In this document: positions 13,158 to 24,401 of the stretch, one piece after another | Layout: each line of letters starts with the position of its first letter | Position numbering within the stretch: the first letter of the stretch is position 1 | From: an uncultured Planctomycetota bacterium | Lineage (GTDB): Bacteria > Planctomycetota > Planctomycetia > Isosphaerales > Isosphaeraceae | Direction of reading: 5' to 3' | Assembly (NCBI GenBank): GCA_963845755.1 | Contig: CAWJTV010000037.1 | Location: 82,969-146,968 of the forward strand | Length of the DNA stretch: 64,000 nt | Notes under the pieces: generated by a model | The model's database searches: none | Seen by the model: only the letters and a program-made list of their open reading frames with translations | Told to the model about the DNA's origin: nothing | Position numbers and translations under genes: made by a program

Positions 13158-14084
13158 TCAGGCTTTTTTCCTTTCAGGTCGGGCAGGAATCTGGTTGTAT
13201 CCCGGCGTGACCTCCTTGATATTCGGCGTGATGTCGGCGTCGATCCGGCCGGTCGCCCAGCCGAGTGCGCCCATCAGGAGCCCCTGGTACATCGGGTTTT
13301 CCCAGACGTCCTCACGGTGCCCCATCGAGGTGTAGAAAACCCGGCCCTTACCGTAGTTTCTAGCCCAGGTGATGGGAAAGTTGGGCCGCTGGTACATCCA
13401 GCCCGACATGCCCTTGGTGACCTGGGCCATGATCACGTGCAGGTCCTCGGGCATGTTCTTAAGGGCATACCATTCATCCTCGATTCGGAAGGATCGACCC
13501 ATCTTGCCGAATCCCTCGGCGACGCCCGGGAAGTTGGGGTCGGTGATCTCGATTTCCACTTTTTGCTGTGCGCCATGAATGATGAACTCGCCACCGATCA
13601 TCTTGATGTAAGGGTCCTCGGCCCCCTTGTTGCGCGGTGGAAAGTGACCGAAGGTGTCCGTCGCGCAGTGCATGCCAAGAAACCCCTTACCGCCGCGAAT
13701 CGCGTCGTAGAGGGCTTTCTCGCCGTCGGCCGACATCGCCGGACTCTTCTCCATGGTCCCCTCGGTGGTCAGGTTGCCGGTCGTCTCGAACACGAAGGCA
13801 TCCCACTCGCCGATCTTGTCCGGCTCGAACAACCGGCCGTCCTTGGTCGCGTGGACCTCGAATCCGTGCTCCTTGCCGGCCTTCTTCAGGACCTGCTCAG
13901 CGAGGCTCGGCTTATTACCAGAGCGAGTCACAACCGGGTGCGGAAAGCCCGCGCTCTTCATGAGGAAGAGGACTTTCTTCGGCGATCCCTGGGGACGGGC
14001 CAGGACCCGGCTCATGGTCCCGGCACCCAGCCAGGCGGCACCTCCAGCCAGCAGTATCTCACGACGACTCAATCCACCTGACAT
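13158..14084 (-). CDS. ThuA-domain (class I GATase-like) protein with Tat signal
   Basis: SRREILL Tat motif; GKGFLGMHCATDT; DEWY; WARNYGKGRVFYTSMGH. Confidence 0.9.
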   Translation of the reverse strand: MSGGLSRREILLAGGAAWLGAGTMSRVLARPQGSPKKVLFLMKSAGFPHPVVTRSGNKPSLAEQVLKKAGKEHGFEVHATKDGRLFEPDKIGEWDAFVFETTGNLTTEGTMEKSPAMSADGEKALYDAIRGGKGFLGMHCATDTFGHFPPRNKGAEDPYIKMIGGEFIIHGAQQKVEIEITDPNFPGVAEGFGKMGRSFRIEDEWYALKNMPEDLHVIMAQVTKGMSGWMYQRPNFPITWARNYGKGRVFYTSMGHREDVWENPMYQGLLMGALGWATGRIDADITPNIKEVTPGYNQIPARPERKKA

Positions 14085-14348
14085 CGTTGAGGACTCCTCC
14101 GAGAAGATGAGCGAACCTTGTCTTGTCCCGCCTTTCTCCTTTTACTCCAGTTCGACGGCGAAAGAAACCAGGCAGGCGGCTCGATCCCGGCGATTGCGTT
14201 GACGAGAATCACCCCGAGCTCGAGCGACATCGGCGCTCGCGAGCTTTCCGCTTGCGATCTCTTACCGAGACGATTAATCTATGCCAAGTTCCCGGCCACT
14301 CCGCCGGGAGCGAATCCATATGATGGGAACCGGGGAGATGCGATACGG

Positions 14349-14654
14349 ATGTCACAACTCACAGCAGCACCCGAGTCCACGGAAGCTTCCCAACTTTCCA
14401 GGCTCTGCGTTGCCATTCGCGGCAAGCTTCAATTCATGGATTACCTGGTCCGCGCCGCTGTAGCCGACGCGGAGCGCTTCCGCGACGAGTCGGATCCGGG
14501 CACACGGATTTTTATCCGGCAACTAGTCGAGATGCACGCGGCCAATCTCCGCCAGGAGAGCCAGAACATGCGCGTGATGGGCGACCTGTGTGCCGCGCTC
14601 GAATCGCTCGTCGATGAGACGTTCGACCCGCACGATCGGGGGGACGTGGGATGA
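14349..14654 (+). CDS. Hypothetical ~100-aa helical protein (paralog A)
   Basis: GGGGAG RBS before ATG; aligns without gaps to the next gene. Confidence 0.7.
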   Translation: MSQLTAAPESTEASQLSRLCVAIRGKLQFMDYLVRAAVADAERFRDESDPGTRIFIRQLVEMHAANLRQESQNMRVMGDLCAALESLVDETFDPHDRGDVG

Positions 14655-14689
14655 GCTCTTCAAGGAATGGGACGCACGGAGGAACCGCT

Positions 14690-15013
14690 ATGCACACGAT
14701 CGAAGCTCCTCTGGAAGAGTTCGCGGGCACCGAGAGCTTCTCGCAGACCAATGGGTCCACCACGCCGGAATTGCGACGATCTCTGGCCGAGATCAAGGGG
14801 CAGGCCCAGTTCCTCCTCTACCTGGCCGATCAGATCGAGGAATCTCTCGAGCAGCTCGTCCATGAAGCGGACGCCTGCCATGGTGCCTTCCTCTGCAAGG
14901 TCCTGAGCATGTATTCCGGGCAGCTCGAGAGCAAGCACCAGGGCCTGGGCGAGAGGATCGCGGAGGCGTGCCAGGAAGTCTACGTCACGGTGCGCGAACG
15001 CGAGATGGCCTGA
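14690..15013 (+). CDS. Hypothetical ~107-aa helical protein (paralog B)
   Basis: GGAGG RBS before ATG 14690; shares I[RK]GxxQFxxYL with the preceding gene. Confidence 0.75.
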   Translation: MHTIEAPLEEFAGTESFSQTNGSTTPELRRSLAEIKGQAQFLLYLADQIEESLEQLVHEADACHGAFLCKVLSMYSGQLESKHQGLGERIAEACQEVYVTVREREMA

Positions 15014-15068
15014 GAGGATGCCGGTCGTCGAATCCTCGGCATCCCGTCGGCGGGCATGGTTCACCGAA

Positions 15069-15845
15069 CTACTTGACAAGTTTGGGCTTCGTGGAGATCC
15101 GGCCCAGCCTTCGCGCCACGCCGAGCTGCAAGAGGATCCCGAGTGCCGATGCCGCCTCGCGCATGTTGATCTTCGACGAGCCGGCTCGGCGGTCCTTGAA
15201 CACGATGGGCGTCTCGCCGATCCGGCACCCGACCGACTGGCACCAGAACAGGATCTCTTCCTGGAACGAGTAGCCTCGCGACCGGACGCGATCCAGGTCG
15301 ATCTCGGCCAGCTTGCTCACACGATAGCAGCGGAATGCGCCGCTGTTGTCTCGACTCGTGAGTCCGAGCATCAGACGAGCGTAACTGTTGATCCCGGAGC
15401 TCATCAGCCGACGCTTGAGCGTGAACCCGCCCTCGACTCCGCCTCCCGGCACGTATCGCGAGCCGATCATCACGTCATGATCGGCCATCCCCGCCACCAG
15501 GGCGGGGATGTACTGGGCATCGTGGCTGAAATCGGCGTCCATGTTGAGCATGTAGTCGAACTGGTTTTCAATGGCGAACCGAACCGCGGCCAGGGTCGCT
15601 GTCCCCAGGCCCAATTTACCGGGACGATGAATCACGTGGACGTTCGGGAGTGATGCGCACAGTTCGTCGGCGATCCGCCCCGTCCCGTCGGGTGAGTTGT
15701 CGTCGATGACCAGGATCGAGGAAGCCGGAGCATAACAGCGGATCTCTTCCACCAGCAGCTTAAGATTGCCCGCCTCGTTATAGGTCGCCAGCGAGATCAG
15801 GAGCTTGGACGGGTCCGCAACAATGGGCGCCGATGGGTCGGGCAC
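15069..15845 (-). CDS. Polyprenol monophosphomannose synthase (GT2, Ppm1/DPM1-like)
   Basis: ATYNEAGN, IDDNSPDGTG, GKLGLGTA, MDADFSH, GSRYVPGG, GYSFQEE; probable GTG start after AGGAG. Confidence 0.9.
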   Translation of the reverse strand: MPDPSAPIVADPSKLLISLATYNEAGNLKLLVEEIRCYAPASSILVIDDNSPDGTGRIADELCASLPNVHVIHRPGKLGLGTATLAAVRFAIENQFDYMLNMDADFSHDAQYIPALVAGMADHDVMIGSRYVPGGGVEGGFTLKRRLMSSGINSYARLMLGLTSRDNSGAFRCYRVSKLAEIDLDRVRSRGYSFQEEILFWCQSVGCRIGETPIVFKDRRAGSSKINMREAASALGILLQLGVARRLGRISTKPKLVK

Positions 15846-16097
15846 GGCGACGCGACTCCTTGTCGAGCAGTAGGACGATCCGTGATGACGATCGCACTCG
15901 GGCATGAGTGCGGAGCGTAGATTATCGCCGAGACGCGCGCGGCGCCAAGTCGGAACGGGAAGGTTGGACGAGGTTCCCGTGGGGGATGAGACGGTTCACC
16001 CACTGGCCGAATCGCCCTGAGACGGGAAGGGAATCCACGTGATGGGCCAGGAATGATGGGCTGGTGAACCTCGGGAACGCGGGGTCCTAGCCGGGAC

Positions 16098-16265
16098 GGA
16101 TTGTCGAAGAAAGCAGGTGCCGCCTCCGGAAGCTCCTGTCCGGGGACGGCTAAACACCGCCCGGGTCAGGTTGACCGCTTTCGCCGTCCCTCCCGGGAAG
16201 AGAAACGACGGGGAGCACCAGGATCTGCGTTGGCGACACCTGCTCGTTCGTGAAGTCGGCAACCA
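16098..16265 (-). ncRNA. Candidate rod-shaped structured RNA, 6S-like
   Basis: Nested long-range pairings AGCAGGTGTCGCC/GGCGGCACCTGCT, GCTCCCGTC/GACAGGAGC and GGGACGGC/GCCGTCCC. The closing stem GGTGTCG...CGGCACC resembles 6S RNA. Intergenic. Confidence 0.4.
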
Positions 16266-16432
16266 CCCCCCCACGCCGGTCAGGGTAGTGATGAGGGCGT
16301 CCTAAAATCCTTTCGGCGCACGGATATCGGATTCATGAGTCGTTTCCGACGCTTTTTCCGCCGTGGCCTCAAGCCTTGAGGGATGGGACGATTCGTTGGC
16401 CATTGTTTCTGGTCCGAATGTTGTTGCGGCTC

Positions 16433-17764
16433 TCAACCCTGCTTGGACTGTCGGAGTCGGGTGAAAAGCTGGCTATAGGGTGCAAAATCGTGGGCGGCCC
16501 CGGGCCGAATCTTGCCAGGAGTCGAGGAGTCTGGACCGACGGGCCGTTCCTCGCGGAGCGGGTTATCGGGGTTATCGGGATTCGCGTACGTACCCCCGGA
16601 ACCCTCGGCCGTCTCTTCGGATGGCACGGATCGCTCGCGGTTCCGGCTCCATTCCGACCAGGCTTGCATGGCTGCATAACGATCGTCAACTACCTGCTCC
16701 TCGAGTTCGGCCTCGACCGACGCCGATCCTCCCTCGTCAGTCGGCGAGCTTTCCGCGAGGGTCGGTTCGGCCTCAAGGTCACCGTCCCATCCGACCTCGA
16801 CCAGCCCCTCCTCCAGGCGAATCGGGGGCTTGGTAGGGATCAACGAAGCTGACCCCATCGGCAGCCCGCTCGTCGCCCCGACGGCGCTTCCGTCGAGTGG
16901 CCGGAATTCGCCAGTCGCCTGGACGCGGGGGGCGTTCCGCGATCCGGGACGGTCGGAGACGGTCGAGGATCCGGCGACCTGGCTGCTCCCATTCCTCGAT
17001 CGAGTTCCCGGGCCCGGACCGAACAATTGGGGTCGCAAATCGGCGATCTGCATGAGCAGCCGGGGATTACCGAGGGCATCTCGGTGCAATTCTTCCAGGT
17101 CTGTCGAGGTGGAATCCGTCTTCCCCAATCGGCCCTGCACGCCGAGCAATTCGCGGGCTTCATCGAGATCCAGCGGCATCAGGTGGAGGTGGAGACTCGA
17201 GCGGACGGCCCTTCCCTCCAGGCGCCTTGGGGTCATCTCTCGCACGAATTCAGGCCGGGCGAGGAGGAGCAATGCCGAGAAACCGCCGACTCGTCCCAGC
17301 GAACCGGCGAGGCTGTCGATCTCCTCCCACACCACCGAGGAGCCGCGGTGCACCTCGTCCACGATCAGGAGCCAGTTGCGACCGTCCCGGGCGTCGTCCT
17401 CCAGCGCGGCACGAATCCGTAACCGCGCAACGCCGACGCGTTCCGTCATGGGAAGACCCAGGGCATCTGCAACGAGCCGGAGAAACTCCAGGGCATCGAG
17501 CGTTGAGGTCAGTTCCACGGAGAGGGCTCGCCAGCCGGTCGGGAGACTGTCGACGAGCCGGCCGGCAAGCCAGGACTTGCCGGCTCCCGGCTCGCCCGTG
17601 AGCAGGAGCGGACGATTCATCCTGTCGTCCACGGCCGCCTGCAATTGTTCCAGCGCTCGCCGACGACTCGAGACGGCGCATGGTGTCGAATTGCCAGGTC
17701 CCCGTCGTCGTGGCGGGTTTGCGTGGCCGCGATCGGGCTGCCACGAATCGTGATCCTTCGTCAT
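16433..17764 (-). CDS. ExeA/GspA-like AAA ATPase with acidic disordered C-terminal tail
   Basis: Walker A GEPGAGKS, Walker B LLIVDEVH, GNPRLL; GGAGGAGG RBS before ATG 17764. Confidence 0.8.
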   Translation of the reverse strand: MTKDHDSWQPDRGHANPPRRRGPGNSTPCAVSSRRRALEQLQAAVDDRMNRPLLLTGEPGAGKSWLAGRLVDSLPTGWRALSVELTSTLDALEFLRLVADALGLPMTERVGVARLRIRAALEDDARDGRNWLLIVDEVHRGSSVVWEEIDSLAGSLGRVGGFSALLLLARPEFVREMTPRRLEGRAVRSSLHLHLMPLDLDEARELLGVQGRLGKTDSTSTDLEELHRDALGNPRLLMQIADLRPQLFGPGPGTRSRNGSSQVAGSSTVSDRPGSRNAPRVQATGEFRPLDGSAVGATSGLPMGSASLIPTKPPIRLEEGLVEVGWDGDLEAEPTLAESSPTDEGGSASVEAELEEQVVDDRYAAMQAWSEWSRNRERSVPSEETAEGSGGTYANPDNPDNPLREERPVGPDSSTPGKIRPGAAHDFAPYSQLFTRLRQSKQG

Positions 17765-18381
17765 GAGTCCTACCTCCTCCGCGGCTCCGAAACGAAGGCT
17801 CAGAGGCGTTAAAAGCATCGATTCAGAATGACGGATTCCAGATCGAGAATGTTGTAAGTCATTTGCCTCTAAGATGTTAAGTTAAGCGTCTCTTGAAGAT
17901 CGAATCTCCGGCTCGTTCGAGTGGAGACGCACTCACCTGGCGAGATCGACCGGAATCTCCCGAGATTCTGTCACATATCGGGGGCCGAGTGAGTATGTAA
18001 GGGTTGTAACCAGAATCCCTGCCCACCCAAACGTGCGAGATTCGGCCGAATCCCTGCGGGGATCGATCCTCTTTCCGGATTAACTCCAAGAGATCGAGCT
18101 ACCAGTCGAACTGGAGTTAGGGTTACTGCAGAGGCGCAGTACGACGCCTGAGTACCTCACCAATCATCGGTGGCCGGTCGGTTCCGTCTTGAACACGGTT
18201 TTCCGCGACAACGCCTGGCGACACGATCGATGACTCCCGACGGAAGTTGCTCAAGTTTTTCGGTTTTTGGTAAGATGATGGTCAACCTACGTGGGACCTG
18301 ATGGGCCCGGGTCCAGACGCCGTGCTGCTTTGCAACCCGGTATTACTCGCACGAGCATTCCAGTCCGTTCCGGAGGGCATT

Positions 18382-19278
18382 GTGGCCACGGATATCAACA
18401 CGACCAGTGACGATCGCATCGGCGGCTATCGCTACGTGCGCACGATCCATCCGGGTCATACCTCCGTTGTGATGGAGGTCGTTCATGACGCCACTCAGCG
18501 CCGTTTCGCCCTGAAGCAGTTGCTCGCCTCCCGAGCTGAGGAACGCGTTGAGTACAGGGCATTCATGCATGAGGCCAAGCTCGGTATGGAGCTTCGCCAC
18601 CCGAACTTGATCCGGGTCGTTGAAGTCGTCAAAGATCCGGTTCAGCCGTATTTCGTGATGGAGTTGTTCGGGGGCCAGCACCTGAAGCTCTCGATCGCCC
18701 GCCCTTCGGTCTACCCGATGCCGATCAAGCTTCTCCACCGGATTATCGAGCAGGCCGCGCTGGCGCTCTCCTACATGCATGACAAGGGATGGGTTCACCG
18801 TGACGTCAAGCCCGAGAACATCTTGTTCAGCAAGTCGGGCGAGGTACGGGTGATCGACTATGCGCTGGCGCGGCGGGTCGCGACCGGCTTTCTCAAGCTG
18901 TTCAGCGGCAAGGTGCCCCGACAGGGAACGCGAACCTATATCTCTCCCGAGCAAATCCGTTGCGAGCCCCCATCGACTTCGTCCGATATTTACAGTCTGG
19001 GGATCACCTGCTATGAATTAGCGTGTGGTCGCCCGCCATTCCGCGCCAATTCGTCGCAAGAGCTGCTCGAGAAGCACTTGAACGAAAAACCGATCCCGCT
19101 GACCGGCCATAACAAGCGGGTCACGCCGGAATTCAATGATCTGATCATGAAGATGATCCAGAAGCGGGCGGTCAACCGGTTCAGCAGCCTGGATGAGTTC
19201 CTGTCGCGATTCCGCCCCGTCCGGATCTTCCAGGACGATCCCGATCCCCTGGCCGGGCGCGACCAGGGTTTCGCGTGA
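18382..19278 (+). CDS. Cytoplasmic Hanks-type Ser/Thr protein kinase
   Basis: ALK lysine, HPNLI, HRDVKPEN, DYA in place of DFG, GTRTYISPEQ, SDIYSLG; GGAGGG RBS before GTG. Confidence 0.9.
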   Translation: MATDINTTSDDRIGGYRYVRTIHPGHTSVVMEVVHDATQRRFALKQLLASRAEERVEYRAFMHEAKLGMELRHPNLIRVVEVVKDPVQPYFVMELFGGQHLKLSIARPSVYPMPIKLLHRIIEQAALALSYMHDKGWVHRDVKPENILFSKSGEVRVIDYALARRVATGFLKLFSGKVPRQGTRTYISPEQIRCEPPSTSSDIYSLGITCYELACGRPPFRANSSQELLEKHLNEKPIPLTGHNKRVTPEFNDLIMKMIQKRAVNRFSSLDEFLSRFRPVRIFQDDPDPLAGRDQGFA

Positions 19279-19392
19279 TCGAGATCCTCCGCCCGTCAGA
19301 CGCGATGGTTGTGGATCGTCGGCCTGAGATTCGAGCCCACACCGGGTTCCCGTTCCCGTATCGCGTCTCGATCAGTCGAGGACTCAGCATCG

Positions 19393-20412
19393 ATGCCCAG
19401 TCCCAGCGAACCGCGTCTGGCCTTTGAAGCGCCGATCCTGGAGATGGAGTCCCGCCTCTCCGAGATGGAGGCCCAGTACGCCAAGAACCGCACCGCGGGC
19501 GACACGACCAAGATTGCCGAACTGATCCGCCGGACCCGTCGCGAGCTGGCGGCGCTGAAGCGCGAGATCTATTCTCAACTGGATCCCTGGCAGATTGTCC
19601 AGGTCTCGCGGCATGTTCGCCGCCCCCAGACCCGTGACTACATCGACCTGCTCTTCGAGCAGTTCGTGGAGCTGCACGGCGACCGCGCCGTGGGCGACGA
19701 CAAGGCGATCGTCACCGGCCTGGCCCACCTCGATGAGCACAAGGTAATGTTCATCGGCCATCAGAAGGGGAAGAACCTGGCCGAGCGCACGGCCTGCCAC
19801 TTCGGCTGCGCCCACCCCGAAGGATATCGCAAGGCGCTCGTGAAGATGCGGCTCGCCGCCAAGTTCGGATTGCCGATCATCTCGTTCATCGATACGCCCG
19901 GCGCGTATCCGGGGATCACGGCCGAGGAGCGCGGCCAGGCCGCGATCATCGCCGAGAACCTCATGGCGATGAGCCAGATTCGCAGCCCGATCATCTGCGT
20001 GGTGATCGGCGAGGGCGGGTCGGGAGGAGCCCTGGGGATCGGCATCGGCGATCGACTCGCGATGCTCGAGTTTACGTATTACTCCGTCATCAGTCCCGAG
20101 GGATGTGCCTCGATCCTCTGGAAAGGCAGCGAGCATGCGCCGAAGGCGGCCGCTTCGCTCAAGATGACCAGCCGCGACCTCCTCCGCTTCGGCATCATCG
20201 ACGAGATCATCCCCGAACCGCTCGGCGGGGCGCATCGCGACCACCGCGAGGCCGCCGCCAACCTCAAGACGTTCCTGATTCATGCCCTCCGGCAACTGCA
20301 GGACCTGCCCATCGACGAACTACTCGATCGCCGGTACGACAAATACCGCAAGATCGGGGTCTTCATGGATTCGTCCGCCGAAGCGGAACGGAACGGTATC
20401 GCGGTAACCTAG
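19393..20412 (+). CDS. accA: Acetyl-CoA carboxylase carboxyltransferase alpha subunit
   Basis: ELHGDR, HPEGYRKA, IDTPGAYPG, AEERGQ, GEGGSGGALG, YSVISPEGCASILW, EPLGGAHRD. Confidence 0.97.
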   Translation: MPSPSEPRLAFEAPILEMESRLSEMEAQYAKNRTAGDTTKIAELIRRTRRELAALKREIYSQLDPWQIVQVSRHVRRPQTRDYIDLLFEQFVELHGDRAVGDDKAIVTGLAHLDEHKVMFIGHQKGKNLAERTACHFGCAHPEGYRKALVKMRLAAKFGLPIISFIDTPGAYPGITAEERGQAAIIAENLMAMSQIRSPIICVVIGEGGSGGALGIGIGDRLAMLEFTYYSVISPEGCASILWKGSEHAPKAAASLKMTSRDLLRFGIIDEIIPEPLGGAHRDHREAAANLKTFLIHALRQLQDLPIDELLDRRYDKYRKIGVFMDSSAEAERNGIAVT

Positions 20413-21539
20413 ACTCGATCAGGCGAGTCATCTTCGGCCCAGGTGCCCCTCTCGATCTCGTGCATCGGCTGGGTCGAGTCCCCGAGTCGATCGGACGTTC
20501 GCGATCGACCCCATTCCCGTGCCGCGGACGCGGCCAATCGACGTTTGACAAGCCACACGATCACGATTCCAGCCAGCCCGATTCCCGATACCGACGCACG
20601 GAAAATGGCCTGGGCGCGGTTCACGGCCGGGCCTCGGCTGAACGTTGAGACCGCTCCCACGCCGAGAACGATCCAGAAGAAGACCTCGACATTCTTGAGG
20701 ATCCCGGTCCTGTTCGGAGCTCGTCGTCCCGCGGGGATCGTGCTGCTTTGTCCCGGTTCGGGGAAGGCAATCACTTCCCGCCCGTGATCGGTGGAGCGGC
20801 TGGGTCGGTATGGTTTCAGATAGGGACGGATCGCCACGAGAGTGGCCGCACGAGGCGTGTACTTATAGACGTTCCGTTCGGCGTCGAGAAACCTGGCAAG
20901 TCCGCGCTCGACGAGTCGGTTCGCTTGCTCGGAACGGAAGGCTCGATGATCGCCGAGTGGGTCCTTTGCCGAGTAAGGGACGGCGGGCTGACTCGCACCT
21001 GCCAGGCGCCGGAGGTGCCAATCGAGGAGCTCCAGGAACTCGGATCCGGTGAGGACTTCTTGAAGGAGGCTGCCGGAGAGATCGGTGTCCCGCCCTCTGA
21101 GCTCGTCCATGGTGACGAGGCAACGACCGTCATGAAGTCGCGTGAAAAACTTGGTGATCGACATCGGGATGCCCGCCAGGGTCCCGGTGCTCGTCTGGGC
21201 GAGGACGGTTCGGTCGGTCGAGATCCAGAAGTTATAGCGGAGGCGATAAATCTTGCCTTTCCCGTGCCGATAGGCCCCGAGGAACGTGAAGCCAGACTGC
21301 TCGGCCGTCAGGTTCGCCGCACGAAAATGTTCGGTGATGGGGATCGAGGAATCCGGCTCCGACGGCCCATCGTGATCACTCCCGGCAGGTTCGGAGCTGG
21401 CGTGAGGGGGCCGGGTGGCTCGGATCGGGACATAGGGCCACACGAGCAACTTCTCGAACGACCCCACCACGATGGTGAGCAGACCGAGAAGGACCAGAAA
21501 AGCCAGGACTGCGGCGACCGGCAAGAGCAGCCAGAACAT
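20409..21539 (-). CDS. Hypothetical membrane protein (N-terminal TM, two C-terminal TMs)
   Basis: 376-aa ORF with hydrophobic segments at both ends; no recognised family. Confidence 0.65.
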   Translation of the reverse strand: MFWLLLPVAAVLAFLVLLGLLTIVVGSFEKLLVWPYVPIRATRPPHASSEPAGSDHDGPSEPDSSIPITEHFRAANLTAEQSGFTFLGAYRHGKGKIYRLRYNFWISTDRTVLAQTSTGTLAGIPMSITKFFTRLHDGRCLVTMDELRGRDTDLSGSLLQEVLTGSEFLELLDWHLRRLAGASQPAVPYSAKDPLGDHRAFRSEQANRLVERGLARFLDAERNVYKYTPRAATLVAIRPYLKPYRPSRSTDHGREVIAFPEPGQSSTIPAGRRAPNRTGILKNVEVFFWIVLGVGAVSTFSRGPAVNRAQAIFRASVSGIGLAGIVIVWLVKRRLAASAAREWGRSRTSDRLGDSTQPMHEIERGTWAEDDSPDRV

Positions 21540-21678
21540 GAGGTTGTCCGTGTGGCCGAACGATTCGGCTCAGCAGGGCAGGCGTATCGTCGCCCCGGCA
21601 CCTCCGCCCCGATCATGGGGTCCGGAGATGCCAGTGGGTGCGCGAGGATCGAGGTCGAGCCTCGACGAGGAATCCCGG

Positions 21679-23004
<1,326 letters not shown>

Positions 23005-23257
23005 GGGAAAGCCCTCGTTGCGTTTGGGTGGGGATCGTCCAGCAAGTGCGTGGGCACGTTCATCTAAACCCGAGCCGGCGCCGCGCGTCAAGGCGGTCGT
23101 GCCAGTCGCCGGGTGATTCTCGCGGGATCATCGGGCAACCCACGCCGGCATGCGTCAACACCCCGCCTGCCCCGAATTATTGCCGGAATCTGGGATGGCG
23201 CGGCGGGTTCGCTGCATTACTGGATAGAGACGGGACGGTGGGGAGGGTCGAAACGCG

Positions 23258-24355
23258 ATGATCCGAGGCAAGTCGGGCGAGGCGGGACGTCAACTCCAGC
23301 GGCTCTGGTCGGCCGGAACGCTGACCGGGCTGACTGACGCCCAGCTCCTCAGACGGTTCGTGGAGACCCGTGGTCACGATGCGACGGCCGAATCGGCCTT
23401 CCGCGAGCTGGTGAATCGCCATGCGGGGATGGTGCTGGGGATCTGTCGCCAGATCCTCAGGCGCCACCATGACGTGGATGACGCATTCCAGGCCACGTTC
23501 CTGGTCCTGGTGCGAAAGGCGCCTTCGATCCATGTGGGCGATTCGCTCGGCCCATGGCTATGCAGCGTGGCGTACCGAACGGCCCATCGGGCCCGGGCCG
23601 ACGCGGCGCACCATCCCTCGACCGGCGTCGAGGCGCTCGAGGAGTTCCCGGGGCCGGCCCCGGACCACGCATTCCAGGTGGACCTGCGCCCCCTGCTCCA
23701 CGAGGAGTTGAATCGACTCCCGGGCAAGTTCCGGGACCCGATCGTGCTCTGTCACCTCGAGGGCAAATCACTCGATGAGGCGGCGCGACTGCTTCACTGG
23801 CCGATCGGTACGGTAAGCAGCCGCCTGTCGCGCGGCCGAAGCCTCTTGCGGTCGCGGCTGGAACGTCGCGGAGTGACGGCTTCGTCGGCGATCATCGCGG
23901 CCAACTGGCTGGCCGGTATGCCGACGGCCCTGTCCCTCCCGCTGATCGAATCCACGGTCACGTCCGCGATCCGGTTCGCGGCGTCGCAAACGGTTTCTAC
24001 CGTGGTCCTGTCCTTGACGCAAGGAGTCTTGAGAATCATGTGGCTTAGAAAAATCGCAAGGATCTCGCTGGCAGTGTTCCTCTTCACCGCCACCACGGGT
24101 GGAATCGCTGTGTGGGCACACTGGCCATCATCAACCCGAAATGCCGGCTCTTCGGTTCGGGACGCCGGCTCGGCGCCGCAACCGGGGCAACCGCCAGCCA
24201 CCTCCGAGTCCGCCGGGACCGACGTCCAGGTCGCCGATGGCCCAACCGATTGTTCGGACGAGTGCCTACCGGCCAATTGCCCGATCTCGATGGCTGCGAA
24301 TGCCGTTTCGAGGATGTTCGCCCACTTCCACTCTGGCTCCACGTCTTCCCGATAG
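23258..24355 (+). CDS. ECF sigma factor with C-terminal TM and short Cys-containing extension
   Basis: [58 protein letters not shown], followed by a TM helix. Confidence 0.9.
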   Translation: MIRGKSGEAGRQLQRLWSAGTLTGLTDAQLLRRFVETRGHDATAESAFRELVNRHAGMVLGICRQILRRHHDVDDAFQATFLVLVRKAPSIHVGDSLGPWLCSVAYRTAHRARADAAHHPSTGVEALEEFPGPAPDHAFQVDLRPLLHEELNRLPGKFRDPIVLCHLEGKSLDEAARLLHWPIGTVSSRLSRGRSLLRSRLERRGVTASSAIIAANWLAGMPTALSLPLIESTVTSAIRFAASQTVSTVVLSLTQGVLRIMWLRKIARISLAVFLFTATTGGIAVWAHWPSSTRNAGSSVRDAGSAPQPGQPPATSESAGTDVQVADGPTDCSDECLPANCPISMAANAVSRMFAHFHSGSTSSR

Positions 24356-24401
24356 CACCCGCGTTGTAGCGGGGTCGAGTCGTCACCGCTCCCCTGGCCC
24401 G

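Noticed and set aside
16155..16190. SRP RNA (CCGGGTCAGG)
   Set aside because: The GGAA tetraloop and AGCAG half of helix 8 are absent.
18081..18141. Small hairpins (TAACTCCA/TGGAGTTA; TACTGC/GCAGTA) in the divergent promoter region
   Set aside because: Too short to distinguish from chance or to assign a function.
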